Below are positions 1 through 8,875 of a stretch of 64,000 bases of DNA, in pieces. The position numbers and the translations under genes were made by a program. Within the stretch, counting starts at the first letter, position 1; each line of letters opens with the position of its first letter. Under the pieces are notes generated by a model. The model saw only the letters and a program-made list of their open reading frames with translations. It made no database searches and was not told the origin of the DNA. The DNA is from an uncultured bacterium (GTDB lineage Bacteria; Acidobacteriota; Vicinamibacteria; Vicinamibacterales; UBA8438), in assembly GCA_963934795.1 (NCBI GenBank), contig CAWWAF010000002.1, positions 21,330-85,329 of the forward strand. Reading direction: 5' to 3'.

Positions 1-113
1 TTCTTCGATCCGACGTGGTACCACAGATTGACCGCAGCAATCGGACACCGATGGTCCTCATGCACGATCACATCGAGCCCGTTGTCCAGCGTATATTTCG
101 TGAAATCCAACAT
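1..113 (-). CDS. M16 (pitrilysin/insulinase) family zinc peptidase, N-terminal fragment; gene continues past the window start
   Basis: Reverse-strand translation from ATG (113-111) reads MLDFTKYTLDNGLDVIVHEDHRCPIAAVNLWYHVGSKN. This is the typical N-terminus that precedes the HxxEH motif of M16 peptidases. Too short to appear in the ORF track. Confidence 0.6.
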   Translation of the reverse strand, partial: MLDFTKYTLDNGLDVIVHEDHRCPIAAVNLWYHVGSK

Positions 114-256
114 GCGTTCCCTACCCACTAGTCGGCGACCGGGACACTCACGGCCCCGCCGCGCCATCATACTGCCATCAGCCGGTTGCCCCCCCTTCCG
201 ACGCGGCACCCAGGGGCGGCGGAGGGCCAAGAACGGCGTGGTACGATGGGCGCGGC

Positions 257-784
257 ATGATACGAATGGCTCTTGCGCTCGCCGCAGTACTGCTACCCGC
301 CACCATCACGACCAACGCGCAGACGTTAAGTTACGACGCGCCAAACGAATGGAACGAGCAGGCACCCGCGTCCTCGATGCGGGTCACCGAGTTCCAGCTC
401 CCACGCGTCGCGGGCGATGCCGAGGATGTCGAATTGGTGGTGTTCTACTTCGGGGGTAGCGGCGGCAGTGTCGAGGCGAACCTACAGCGCTGGGTCAGCC
501 AGATGGAGCAGCCGGATGGCCGCTCATCATTCGAGGTCGCCGCCACCACTGGATTCGATGCCAACGGCCTTGCCGTCACGGTGCTGGATGTGGCCGGCAC
601 GTACGTGGCCGCGGTCAGACCTGGCTCATCCACCCAGCTCAACAAGCCCGACTTTCGCCTGCTCGCAGCGGTCGTGGAGACCCCGGTGGGACCGTACTTC
701 TTCAAGTTGACCGGGCCGGCGCGGAGCGTCGCGCGTTGGGACCGACCATTCGCAGCGTTCCTGCGTACCGTGTCAGTCGACTAG
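257..784 (+). CDS. secreted hypothetical protein
   Basis: ORF track. N-terminal signal-peptide-like MIRMALALAAVLLPATITTNAQ. No family recognised. Confidence 0.6.
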   Translation: MIRMALALAAVLLPATITTNAQTLSYDAPNEWNEQAPASSMRVTEFQLPRVAGDAEDVELVVFYFGGSGGSVEANLQRWVSQMEQPDGRSSFEVAATTGFDANGLAVTVLDVAGTYVAAVRPGSSTQLNKPDFRLLAAVVETPVGPYFFKLTGPARSVARWDRPFAAFLRTVSVD

Positions 785-828
785 TACGCCCTTCGCTGTG
801 GAGGCCGACGCCTCCGCACACACTCCTG

Positions 829-2388
829 TCAGTCGCCGTGGTCGTCCGATGCAGGCGTCGACGGCGGGGCCACTGCCGGGCCAGACGGTGTGGCGTCCGT
901 GGACGGCAATGGTGAAACGATGGGCCCGGACTCTACCGGTGGAGGGACCGGCATCGGCGGTGGGCCGGCCTGGGGCCCAGCGCTGGCACCGAATCGGTTG
1001 AGAATCACGGCACCGACCCCGGTCGTCCACGCCGCGTACTCCGCCACGAATCCGATCAGCCCGAGCGTGATGGCAATCACGCGAAACGAGCCACCAGCGA
1101 GGCTGAGCGCCACCCCAGACAGGGTCGGAATCATCAACAACACGAGCCCCAGCCAAAATACAGCGACCGCTGTCCAGCGGCCGCTACTGTCGCCGCGAGT
1201 CATGAGCTGCCCCACCCCCTGCGCAACGCCGGTAAAGCCGAGCAGCATGACCGCCAGTGCCGCCACCACCACGACCGGCACCAGAACCAGCAGCGGAATG
1301 CCGATGATGGTGACCGCCAGCAACACACTCCCGACGACGAGTAGGGGCACGAACAACAGCTGGGCGAGGAAGCCGACGATTCCGGCCTTGACCGGCTCAC
1401 GCGTCACGCGGCTCGCCACCCGTTGTGCTCTGCCGCCCGCGACCAGAAGCAGCAGAGACCCAAGCAATCCGATGAAGGCCAGCCGGATGATCGTGCCCAC
1501 CAGGTCAAGCGACTTGACGATCGGCTGGGATGGACGCGGGAGACGGAACGGAGGGAGCGCTCCGAGCGTCGGGAGTTCGAGGTCAAACATGTCGAAGCTG
1601 ACTTCGTTGACCCCACGAGAGAACCGTGCGCCGGGGGCCCGCGTGACCCGACCGCCCACGACGGTCACTTCCCGATGAACGATCGCCTCGGGACCGAATC
1701 GGGCTGAACCGCCGATGACGGTGATGTCTCCATGCACCTCTCCCTCGACGTCGAGGCTCCCACCGATCACCACCACATCACCCCGCACGCGCTCGTCGGC
1801 ATCCACCCGCGCGGACCCGCCGAAACGGACGATGTCGCGTCGCACCACTCGACGCTGGCGTTCGGACGTCGGTTCGAGCGTCGGCGCCAGGTCGAGGACG
1901 TCCGCGTCCTCGACCTCCTGATCGTCCTCGGCAACGGACAGGCCGAGCGCGGCAGACTCCGCATCGGTCAGCACCGGGAGCCCCAGCACCGCGCGCTGTG
2001 CCGCGGGGTCCAGATACGTCAGTCGGAGTAAGAGCGCGGCGTCTGCGCCCAACGTCGAGGCCAGTTCCTGGGTCGAACGAGGCTCGGGTTCACCGTCCAC
2101 GAAGATCGCGCCGTCGCGAAGCTCGATGAGCGTGACCCCCTGATCGCCGACCCGGGGGAGCAACGCGATACCGCCTCGAATCGGGGTGGCCTCGTACTGG
2201 GCCTCAATATCCTGGCGCAATCGGAGCTCATCTGTCTGACCGTGAACCGGGTCGAGGCTAGACAGCGACACCAGCGCGAGCGTGACACACGCCACGGCGA
2301 GAGCGCCGGTCTGCGGGTGCCAGACCCGGCTCCTCACCGCGCCGTCTCCGCGCTGGCACTCATCGGCCCGCTGTTGGGTCCCCACCAT
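829..2388 (-). CDS. polytopic membrane protein with beta-helix (bactofilin/polymer-forming-like) repeat domain and Pro-rich C-terminal tail
   Basis: ORF 829..2472. Start moved to ATG at 2388-2386 (MVGTQQ...), 16 nt after the upstream stop. Contains a hydrophobic N-terminal segment ALAVACVTLALVSL and the repeat block VRGDVVVIGGSLDVEGEVHGDITVIGGSARFGPEAIVHREVTVVGGRV, followed by about 6-7 hydrophobic helices and a Pro-rich tail. Confidence 0.65.
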   Translation of the reverse strand: MVGTQQRADECQRGDGAVRSRVWHPQTGALAVACVTLALVSLSSLDPVHGQTDELRLRQDIEAQYEATPIRGGIALLPRVGDQGVTLIELRDGAIFVDGEPEPRSTQELASTLGADAALLLRLTYLDPAAQRAVLGLPVLTDAESAALGLSVAEDDQEVEDADVLDLAPTLEPTSERQRRVVRRDIVRFGGSARVDADERVRGDVVVIGGSLDVEGEVHGDITVIGGSARFGPEAIVHREVTVVGGRVTRAPGARFSRGVNEVSFDMFDLELPTLGALPPFRLPRPSQPIVKSLDLVGTIIRLAFIGLLGSLLLLVAGGRAQRVASRVTREPVKAGIVGFLAQLLFVPLLVVGSVLLAVTIIGIPLLVLVPVVVVAALAVMLLGFTGVAQGVGQLMTRGDSSGRWTAVAVFWLGLVLLMIPTLSGVALSLAGGSFRVIAITLGLIGFVAEYAAWTTGVGAVILNRFGASAGPQAGPPPMPVPPPVESGPIVSPLPSTDATPSGPAVAPPSTPASDDHGD

Positions 2389-2404
2389 GTGTCCACCATC
2401 GGCG

Positions 2405-2929
2405 TCATCGCGTCGACTCCCTGTCGAGCGCGAGGATCCGAAGCAATGCGTACAACACCACGATGCCCACAAGTTCGATCATCACCACGCCGCCGCTGAC
2501 TTGGGGCGTCGTCAGGGTTGCGCCGACCGCCCGGCCAATCTCGACCAACAAACTCCATACATCGAGGCCTCCTTCAAGGCCCCCAACGATCCAGACGAAC
2601 CCCTGGACTGAGAAGTTCAACAACCGCACCATCTGACGCAGGATCACGGGGCCCAACCACACCGCCACTCCCACGGCACCAGCAAGGGCGGTCAGAGACC
2701 AGACCACAACTCGAGCCGGGCGCTCGGCCCAGCCTCGGGTGGACGCCGGGACAACACCCTCGCGCACCCCGGCCGACAATACGTGCGCACGAAAGTGCGA
2801 CGGTGGAACCGGCTCTGGCAGTCCGCCAAGAACTGCGCGCAGCGCGGCCTCGGAACGAGCGTCGTCTGCCCCGTCCTCGGCGTCAAGCCAGGCGAGGACA
2901 GTCGAAGCGGCTAGTGAGTCGGTGTCCAT
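2405..2929 (-). CDS. three-TM membrane protein, putative anti-sigma partner (by position only)
   Basis: ORF track. Acidic N-terminus followed by three hydrophobic segments. Lies directly between the ECF sigma gene and the membrane protein on the same strand. No HxxxCxxC zinc motif seen. Confidence 0.5.
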   Translation of the reverse strand: MDTDSLAASTVLAWLDAEDGADDARSEAALRAVLGGLPEPVPPSHFRAHVLSAGVREGVVPASTRGWAERPARVVVWSLTALAGAVGVAVWLGPVILRQMVRLLNFSVQGFVWIVGGLEGGLDVWSLLVEIGRAVGATLTTPQVSGGVVMIELVGIVVLYALLRILALDRESTR

Positions 2930-2958
2930 CAGTCGATCGCGAACAGTTCCGCGGTTCC

Positions 2959-3546
2959 CTATGTACTACGTGGTCCGGGTGCGTCGGTTGCACCGCCCCA
3001 CCCGGCACCCCGTAAATCGTCGGCCAACTGGCGCCGCGCGCGATGCACATAGCTCTTGGCTGTCCCCACGGCCACGCCCATCACACACGCGATGTCCGTA
3101 CACGACCGCTCACCCTCTACACGCAACAGCAACGCCGTGCGATGGTCGGGTCGCAGACGTCTCAGCCCCGCCTAGAGGTCAGGCAGCATCAGCCGGTTCT
3201 CCGTTCGCCGGTGGGGGCCAGGCGAGCTCGAGGCGAGGAGCACCCCGTCTTGAGCGTGTCCGTGTCCAACCTCAACCTTCTCCAGACGATCTCGCCGAAG
3301 GGCGTCCACCGCGGTGTTGTGCGCGATGCGAAGGATCCAGGGCGAGAAGTCGCGGCTTCGGTCGAACGACTCGAGCCGGCGAAACGCCTTGAGAAATGTG
3401 TCCTGGGCGAGTTCCGCGGCCACCGAGGGGTTGCCAACGAGACGCGCAATCAAGCGATAGACCGGGCGCTCATATCGATCCACGAGCGCGGCATAGGCGC
3501 GCTGCGTGCCCGCCAACGCTTCGCCGATGACCTCGTCGTCAGTCAC
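2959..3546 (-). pseudogene. ECF-type sigma-70 family factor interrupted by an in-frame TAG at 3172-3174
   Basis: ORF 3172..3546 carries sigma region 2 (DTFLKAFRRLESFDRSRDFSPWILRIAHNTAVDALRR). Reading on in the same frame past the TAG gives AGLRRLRPDHRTALLLRVEGERSCTDIACVMGVAVGTAKSYVHRARRQLADDL..., a sigma region 4 HTH, ending at TAG 2961-2959. I translated this by hand from the sequence. Confidence 0.7.
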
Positions 3547-3718
3547 TGCCTCGTGTGTGCCACTATGCTACGCCTGTTCATGTGCACGATCTGCTGACCG
3601 ATACGTGGGCGGACCGCAGAATATTCACTCCGGTGCTCGCACAGTGTCCGAGCCGCTCAGGCATACGAACGCTGTCATGGTTCCCGCCAGGTGCCTGATA
3701 TAGTCCCTAGACTCCGAC

Positions 3719-5218
3719 GTGCCAATCGCCACCACACCCGACGCGCCCTTCCCGTTCGAGAACAGCTACGCGCGACTCCCTGAGCGCTTTTTCGCGCACG
3801 TGTCTCCAACACCCGTCGCCAACCCCCAACTCATGCAGCTCAATGAGTCGTTGGCGCACGAACTTGGTCTCGATCCCGCGACGCTCCGCACGTCGGAGGG
3901 CGTCGCCATGCTCGGTGGCAATCTGGTGCCACCGGACGCCGAGCCGCTGGCCATGGCGTACGCCGGCTTCCAGTTCGGACACTGGGTGCCGCAACTGGGC
4001 GATGGGCGGGCCATTCTGCTTGGCGAGGTCATCGGACGCGACGGCGTCCGCCGCGACATACAGCTGAAGGGAGCGGGACCCACGCCATTCTCGCGCGGCG
4101 GCGACGGACGAGCCGGTGTTGGCCCCGTGATACGAGAGTATGTCGTCAGTGAGGCCATGTCCCGCCTTGGCGTGCCGACGACACGGGCACTCGCGGCCGT
4201 GACCACAGGCGAGAAGATCGTCCGAGAGCGGCTGCTCCCCGGCGCCGTGCTCACGCGGGTTGCGCGGAGCCACATCCGAGTGGGCACCTTCCAGTTCTTC
4301 GCCGGTCGGAGCGATCACGATGCGCTGCGGACACTCGCCGACTACGCCATCGCCCGGCACGACCCGGCGGCGGCTACCGCGAAACAGCCCTATCTGACAT
4401 TTTTTCGCGGCGTCGCCGAGCGCCAGGCGGCGCTCGTCGCACAGTGGCAGCTGGTGGGTTTTATCCACGGTGTCATGAACACGGACAACACCTCAATCGC
4501 CGGAGAGACGATCGACTATGGGCCGTGCGCGTTCATGGACGGCTATCACCCCGAGACGGTGTTCAGCTCGATCGATCGCATGGGCCGCTACGCCTTTGGT
4601 CGCCAACCGAGCGCCGCCCAGTGGAACCTCCAGAGCCTCGCCCGAGCCCTGCTGCCCCTGTTTGCGGACGACGAAGCGGTTGCCGTGGCAGGCGCAACGG
4701 AGGTGCTCGAGCAGTTCCAGACTCACTTCGACGCCGTCTATCTCGACGGGATGCGGCGCAAGCTAGGCCTCACCGAGGCGCGAGACAACGATGGGGCACT
4801 CGCCGAGACACTGCTCCAGCACATGGCCGACAGTGGTGCGGATTTCACGCTGACGTTCCGGGGCCTGTGCAACGCGCTTGAGGACCCCTCCACGGCGCGC
4901 ACCCCAGTCGCCCGCCTCTTCAGGGAATCCTCGGCCTTCGACACGTGGCTAGCCCGCTGGCGCGAGCGTCTTGCCACAGAGTCCTGCGCCATGGCCGAAC
5001 GACGCGATCTGATGCGCGCCGCCAACCCGCAGTTCATCCCACGCAACCATCTCGTGGAAGAGGTCATTGCGGCAGCGACAACCCGCGCCGATTTCGGCCC
5101 CCTGGACGCACTCGTCGAAGTAATGGACGCCCCTTACGACGACCAACCCGAGCACGAGCGCTACGCGCGCGCCCCTGCACCGGAGCAGGTGGTCCACCAG
5201 ACCTTTTGCGGCACCTGA
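3719..5218 (+). CDS. selO: protein adenylyltransferase SelO (YdiU/UPF0061 family)
   Basis: ORF track. Recognised from the N-terminal [13 protein letters not shown], the GRA(I/V)LLGE-type kinase-like core, and the C-terminal ...QTFCGT ending typical of bacterial SelO. Confidence 0.9.
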   Translation: MPIATTPDAPFPFENSYARLPERFFAHVSPTPVANPQLMQLNESLAHELGLDPATLRTSEGVAMLGGNLVPPDAEPLAMAYAGFQFGHWVPQLGDGRAILLGEVIGRDGVRRDIQLKGAGPTPFSRGGDGRAGVGPVIREYVVSEAMSRLGVPTTRALAAVTTGEKIVRERLLPGAVLTRVARSHIRVGTFQFFAGRSDHDALRTLADYAIARHDPAAATAKQPYLTFFRGVAERQAALVAQWQLVGFIHGVMNTDNTSIAGETIDYGPCAFMDGYHPETVFSSIDRMGRYAFGRQPSAAQWNLQSLARALLPLFADDEAVAVAGATEVLEQFQTHFDAVYLDGMRRKLGLTEARDNDGALAETLLQHMADSGADFTLTFRGLCNALEDPSTARTPVARLFRESSAFDTWLARWRERLATESCAMAERRDLMRAANPQFIPRNHLVEEVIAAATTRADFGPLDALVEVMDAPYDDQPEHERYARAPAPEQVVHQTFCGT

Positions 5219-5226
5219 CGGGCGCG

Positions 5227-6261
5227 TTACCGACTCGCGTTCTCCGCCTGGCGCGCCCCAGCCAGGATATTGGGTAGTCCGTAGTTCCCCTCGTGACAGG
5301 CGTACTCGAACATCGGCTCACCTCGCTTCATGGGAATCTGCGCGGTGATGGGCGCGGTAAACGTCGCCGAGTCATCGACGGTGAACTCATACAACATGGT
5401 GTCGTCCGCGACACGCGTGAAACGCTCGGTGAGATTGAGGGTCGTCCCGTCGCCGGCGGCCGTGGTGACTGAGGGACTGAAGCTGGAGGTCTTGCCAGTG
5501 TAGTTCTTCGACTCGACCACCAGCGTATCGCCGTCCCAGTAGCCGCGGGAATCGCCCATCCACTGGCGCACGTGACCCGGCAGATGCGGCCGCCCATCGA
5601 GTGGCACGATCCGGGAATCGTGCACCATCTCGTGCAAGATGACGACGTGGTCCGGGGTCTGGAAGATCTGCAGGTTCTGGTTGTAGCCGGCCGGCACGAC
5701 CGGAGGGCCGGAGTTAAAACCGAGCAGGCAACGCTCGGCCAGACCACGGTCCTCCCAGCTGTCGGCGCCGATCCCAGCCGCCCGAACCCGCACTGGACGC
5801 GTCCCAGCGATGTCCTCACCAAGCGACAATTCCACCATGTCCAGTCCTGGCTGCAACTGCGGCACTCGACCTGTCTGGGGTGAGACGATCAGCGATGTCC
5901 GGTTGTCGTCGACCACACCGGCACCACGATCAAACCAAAAATTATTGTAGCCGCCTACCGCGGCACCCACCGGGAGGGGTTCAGTCCTCACCTCGCTCGG
6001 TCGGTCCGCATCGATCACGCTCTGCGCGGCTCGTGCCTCGATCTCGGCCACCTCTTCCGCCGACAGCACCGCGTTCTCGCCTTGGTCCGCCGGACGCTGT
6101 AACGGCGTCAGCGTGCGGAAATCCCAGACACCCTGCAGATCGGGTCTGCCGTCAGCGGTGCGCGGCACCGTCGAGCGTCCCGTCTGTGCCAACGCGGGTT
6201 CGAGGCCAATCACCACGAGCGCGCACACCGTCAGAGCCACCGTTGCTAACCGCCTATCCAT
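5227..6261 (-). CDS. secreted hypothetical protein
   Basis: ORF track. Signal peptide MDRRLATVALTVCALVVIGLEPALAQ. No family recognised. Confidence 0.6.
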   Translation of the reverse strand: MDRRLATVALTVCALVVIGLEPALAQTGRSTVPRTADGRPDLQGVWDFRTLTPLQRPADQGENAVLSAEEVAEIEARAAQSVIDADRPSEVRTEPLPVGAAVGGYNNFWFDRGAGVVDDNRTSLIVSPQTGRVPQLQPGLDMVELSLGEDIAGTRPVRVRAAGIGADSWEDRGLAERCLLGFNSGPPVVPAGYNQNLQIFQTPDHVVILHEMVHDSRIVPLDGRPHLPGHVRQWMGDSRGYWDGDTLVVESKNYTGKTSSFSPSVTTAAGDGTTLNLTERFTRVADDTMLYEFTVDDSATFTAPITAQIPMKRGEPMFEYACHEGNYGLPNILAGARQAENASR

Positions 6262-6399
6262 AACTCTTCCTCCTCGGGCCTACACCCGAACCACGTCAAT
6301 TCAGACCATCATGGTGCCCGTGCGCGGTGATTGCAACAACCGCCGGTCCACTGCGCACAGTCGACGCGGTGCGCCGCGCGGCGGCACCCATCCGGGACA

Positions 6400-7548
6400 C
6401 TACCGCAGCCCGAGACCGATTTCGGCTATCAGCTTGCGATGCAACTCGCTGGTGCCTTCACCAACCTCGAGCGTCTTTGCTTCAAGGAGCAATCGCCCCA
6501 CCTCGTACTCGGAAGAAAATCCGTATCCGCCGTGTATCTGAATGGCGTCGAGTGCGTTCTGCGTGGCGGCCTCGCTGGCCATCAGCTTCGCCATCGAGGC
6601 TTCCATCGAGCACCGCTCGATGCCGGCGTCTTTCATCCGTCCCAAGCGGTAGACGAGCGAACGGGCCGCTTCGGTCCGGCAGATCATGTCGGCGATCTTT
6701 TGCTGCACCATCTGAAACTCCCCGATGGCCTGCCCGAACGCCCGGCGCTCGGTGGCATAGGGGAGCGTCAGGTCGACGGCACGCTGCGCCTGCCCCACGC
6801 ATCGGGCCGCGACAGAGAAACGCCCGGTGTCGAGGGCCGCGCCGAGAATCGGAAAACCGCGGCCCACCTCGCCCAACACCGCGTCGTCACCCACAGCCAC
6901 GCCATCGAAGTGCACTTCAGCCACGTTGTCGCGCTGGAGGGTGCGCATCGGCAGCGGGCGGCTGGCAATGCCGCTGGCCGCTGGATCCAGGAGAAATATC
7001 GTCACCCCGCGATGCGCCTGAGCCGGATCGACAGTCGCCGCCACGAGAAAGACACCGGCCTCGGCGGCGTGCGAGATGAAGACCTTGCTTCCGCTGAGGC
7101 TCCACCCGCTGCTCGTGCGTGTCGCCCGCGTCTTCATGGCCGCGAGGTCCGTCCCACCGTCCGGCTCTGTCAGGCAAGCCGACGCCAACATCTCCCCGCT
7201 GGCGAGCGGCGGAAGCCATCGCTGGCACTGCTCGGGAGTGCCGAATCGAAGAATCGAGCTGCCGACGAGCGAATTGGCCACGGACACGGCCGAGGCCACC
7301 ACCCAGTCAACGCGCGCCAGTTCCTCGCACACGATGCCGTATGTCACGACGTCGCTGAACGAACCGCCATACGACTCGGGAATCAAGGGCGCCAGGAAAC
7401 CAAGCGGCGCCAATTTCGCGATGATCTCCCTGGGATAGCGTCCCTCACGCTCATGTTGCTCGACGGTCGGCAAGATTTCGCGCTCGGCAAATTCGCGCAC
7501 CGCCGCGCGAACCGCACGCTGGGTGTCTGTCAGATCAAAGTCGGCCAT
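6400..7548 (-). CDS. acyl-CoA dehydrogenase
   Basis: ORF 6400..7761. Start moved to ATG 7548-7546 (MADFDLTDTQRAVRAAVREFAEREI...). Typical ACAD N-terminal, middle and C-terminal motifs (...GGYGFSSEYEVGRLL...). Confidence 0.9.
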   Translation of the reverse strand: MADFDLTDTQRAVRAAVREFAEREILPTVEQHEREGRYPREIIAKLAPLGFLAPLIPESYGGSFSDVVTYGIVCEELARVDWVVASAVSVANSLVGSSILRFGTPEQCQRWLPPLASGEMLASACLTEPDGGTDLAAMKTRATRTSSGWSLSGSKVFISHAAEAGVFLVAATVDPAQAHRGVTIFLLDPAASGIASRPLPMRTLQRDNVAEVHFDGVAVGDDAVLGEVGRGFPILGAALDTGRFSVAARCVGQAQRAVDLTLPYATERRAFGQAIGEFQMVQQKIADMICRTEAARSLVYRLGRMKDAGIERCSMEASMAKLMASEAATQNALDAIQIHGGYGFSSEYEVGRLLLEAKTLEVGEGTSELHRKLIAEIGLGLR

Positions 7549-7582
7549 CCGCCGCAGTGCGTGCTTCCCGGTCAGCGTCACG

Positions 7583-8818
7583 TCACATCTCCAGTTCAGC
7601 GTCGCCAAGACCCTGCCGGCCAGAGGACCCGTCGGGGCCACGGCGCTCCGCCGCCTCGCCACTCTGCACCAGGGCAAACCGCGCCATAATCGGTCCCACC
7701 ATCTCGTAGACCACCACCGAGGCCAACACGATCGTCGATACTTGCGGGGCGTACGCCGCATAGCGGTCGTCTATCGCCAGCGTCAACCCAACGGCCAGCC
7801 CGGCTTGGGCCAGCAACGCCAAACCGAGATATCGGCGCACCGACGGGTGCATCCCCAGCCACTGCGCTCCCACCCGGGCGCCCACCAGCTTTCCGAGGGC
7901 TCTCGCCATCAGATACAGGAGACCGGCGGCCCCCATGGTCGGCACCAATGACACATCCAGGTCGGCGCCCGCGATGACGAAAAAGATGGCATAGAAGGGG
8001 GGATCCGTGTTGGCGAGCGTACCGAACAGCCGCCGGCTCTGCGTCGTCAGATTGACCATGGTGGCCCCGACCGCCAGGCTCGCCACCAGGGGCGAGAGGT
8101 CGAGCGCACGAGACACCCCCACGCAGAACAGAATGGAGCCCGCAAGCAAAATCAGCATCTCGCCCGTCTCACGGACCTGACGGGACCACCCGGCCAGCAT
8201 CAGCCCGACCAGGAAACCGAGCGCGGCCGAGCCGAAGAGTTGCCAGACCAACGGGAACACCGACCGGTACAGGATCGACAAGAACGAGCCACCCAGGCCG
8301 GTGGTCAGGTCGATGAGAGCGGCTACCAGGCTGTAGGCCGTAATGCAAAAAAGGTTATTGACGGCGATGATGCCGAGCAAGGTATCGGTGAGTGGGCCGC
8401 GGCTGTCCACCCCCCTGATGACCATGAGCGTCGACGCCGGCGCCGTGGCGATGGCGATGGCGCCAAGTAACCCTGCGATCTGCCAGGGTTGACCAAGCAC
8501 AAGCATCCCGCCGGTCACCAGCGACGCAGCGAGCACGGACTCAAAGAGCGTCAAATAGAGGACGTTGCGACCGATCCGGCGAAACAGCGAGAACTCGAAG
8601 ACTGACCCCACGGAGAACAGGATCAGCCCGAGCGCCACTTCGCTGAGCACCTGCAGCGCGGCCAGGTTCTCGTGACTGACCCAGCCCAGAACTGACGGCC
8701 CGAGCGCCACGCCGGCCAAAATATAGCCAGTGACTTCCGGCACGCGGGCGTAGCGCACGAGATGCCCCGCCAGCAACGCGATCAGGAGAATCAGGCCGAG
8801 CGACGTCAGCTCATCCAT
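7583..8818 (-). CDS. cation:proton antiporter (CPA2 / Kef-type Na+/H+ exchanger family)
   Basis: ORF track. About 12 hydrophobic helices. N-terminus LLIALLAGHLVRYARVPEVTGYILAGVALGPSVLG is typical of the family. Confidence 0.85.
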   Translation of the reverse strand: MDELTSLGLILLIALLAGHLVRYARVPEVTGYILAGVALGPSVLGWVSHENLAALQVLSEVALGLILFSVGSVFEFSLFRRIGRNVLYLTLFESVLAASLVTGGMLVLGQPWQIAGLLGAIAIATAPASTLMVIRGVDSRGPLTDTLLGIIAVNNLFCITAYSLVAALIDLTTGLGGSFLSILYRSVFPLVWQLFGSAALGFLVGLMLAGWSRQVRETGEMLILLAGSILFCVGVSRALDLSPLVASLAVGATMVNLTTQSRRLFGTLANTDPPFYAIFFVIAGADLDVSLVPTMGAAGLLYLMARALGKLVGARVGAQWLGMHPSVRRYLGLALLAQAGLAVGLTLAIDDRYAAYAPQVSTIVLASVVVYEMVGPIMARFALVQSGEAAERRGPDGSSGRQGLGDAELEM

Positions 8819-8875
8819 GACCGCGCGGGCCTCGCTGATGGTGGCACCCAGCTTCCAGGAGACGCCCCAGGCTGG

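Noticed and set aside
28-784. Overlapping ORFs 28..459, 417..710 and 445..705 around the first secreted-protein gene
   Set aside because: They are alternative-frame or antisense ORFs with Arg/Ser/Pro-rich translations. Only 257..784 has a signal peptide and balanced composition.
3664-3684. ECF-type promoter candidate (GGAAC ... CGTA/CGTT) on the - strand upstream of the ECF sigma gene
   Set aside because: The spacing between GGAAC and the CGT element is only 8-12 nt rather than ~16-17, so it is too weak to call.
6331-7689. 452-aa + strand ORF (with 6327..7079) covering the acyl-CoA dehydrogenase locus
   Set aside because: It is antisense to a gene with unmistakable ACAD motifs. The translation is Arg/Gly/Pro/His-rich low-complexity sequence, typical of shadow ORFs in GC-rich DNA.
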